From Chiloscyllium plagiosum (Eukaryota): a stretch of DNA of 64,000 nucleotides. Under the pieces are notes generated by a model. That model worked only from the letters and a program-made list of their open reading frames with translations, was not told the DNA's origin and searched no databases. A program made the position numbers and the translations under genes. This document shows positions 63,412-64,000 of this stretch, piece after piece. The DNA is taken from assembly GCF_004010195.1 (NCBI RefSeq), contig NC_057718.1, positions 19,734,815-19,798,814 on the forward strand, read 5' to 3'. Positions within the stretch are counted from its first letter, which is position 1; each line of letters begins with the position of its first letter.

Positions 63412-64000
63412 GGAATCACTGGCTAGGCCATCATTTGTTACCCACAACAACCTTTTGACCCACTGGAGTCCATGTGGTACACCCGCAATGCCATTAAGAA
63501 GGTAGTTCCAGGTTTCTGATCCACTGTCACTGAAGGAACAGCGATGTATTTCCAAGTCAGGATAGTGAGTGGCTTGGAGGAAAACTTGCAGGTGGTGATG
63601 TTCACATGAATTTGCTGCCTTTTGTAGGTAGTGAAATGTCCCTACTGAATAATATAACAGCTCTAAAACCTAAAAAACAACATTGGCCAAGTGAACGGCA
63701 AGCTGGGAAAATTGGTCAACTGAACAGCATACTAAGAATTGGGCCAGACAGATACGTGAGCCATTTATCTTGATTGATTGCATTGAACTGGTGTTAACAA
63801 GACATTGGAACTGAGAAGCTTGCAGAATTCACTGTCAAATTGGATCAAGCCAGACAGATATGCAAGCCATTCACCAACAGTGAACAGATGTTAAAGGAAA
63901 GGGGCTCTTGCACTGCAGTTTCTATCACAGAAAGTGTGTTACAAAAGACAATATTGATTATTGTAGTTTCCCAGTTGATCGAGTTGACCCTAGGAGCCGG

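Noticed and set aside
48320..64000. Next upstream TTC27 exon (TNFQKNNPVH...-like)
   Set aside because: Not found by eye. Donor-like sites near 49900, 51485 and 62142 have no matching peptide, so the exon probably lies beyond the window.
1..64000. CRISPR array, operon or other prokaryotic system
   Set aside because: The window is vertebrate intronic DNA with spliceosomal exons and no regular repeat-spacer array.

Overview
This is eukaryotic (vertebrate) DNA, almost certainly an elasmobranch (shark), judged from its HE1/V-SINE-type SINEs and CR1 LINE types. The window lies inside one minus-strand gene, TTC27 (tetratricopeptide repeat protein 27). Seven GT-AG coding exons are present, in transcription order 48319-48206, 29357-29262, 28809-28687, 22870-22643, 7463-7365, 2366-2314 and 1101-936. 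They splice in frame and resemble the middle TPR part of vertebrate TTC27 as I recall it (about human exons 10-16); both gene ends lie outside the window. The introns are full of decayed mobile DNA: CR1, L2 and RTE LINEs, tRNA-derived SINEs, probable solo LTRs, pogo/Tigger-like MITEs and a Harbinger transposase fossil. There is a 488-nt N gap at 57992-58479. The most striking signal is more than a dozen short Penelope-like element (PLE) ends from several subfamilies. They carry minimal hammerhead ribozyme motifs (CUGAnGA-stem II-GAAA, palindromic stem III ACGU or AGCU). Many are 140-290 bp fold-back insertions with 10-15 bp target-site duplications (TSDs), an unpaired 34-42 nt tail, and an inversion junction in or beside the ribozyme core. 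All family names come from recalled consensus motifs, not database searches, and repeat boundaries are approximate unless a TSD is quoted.
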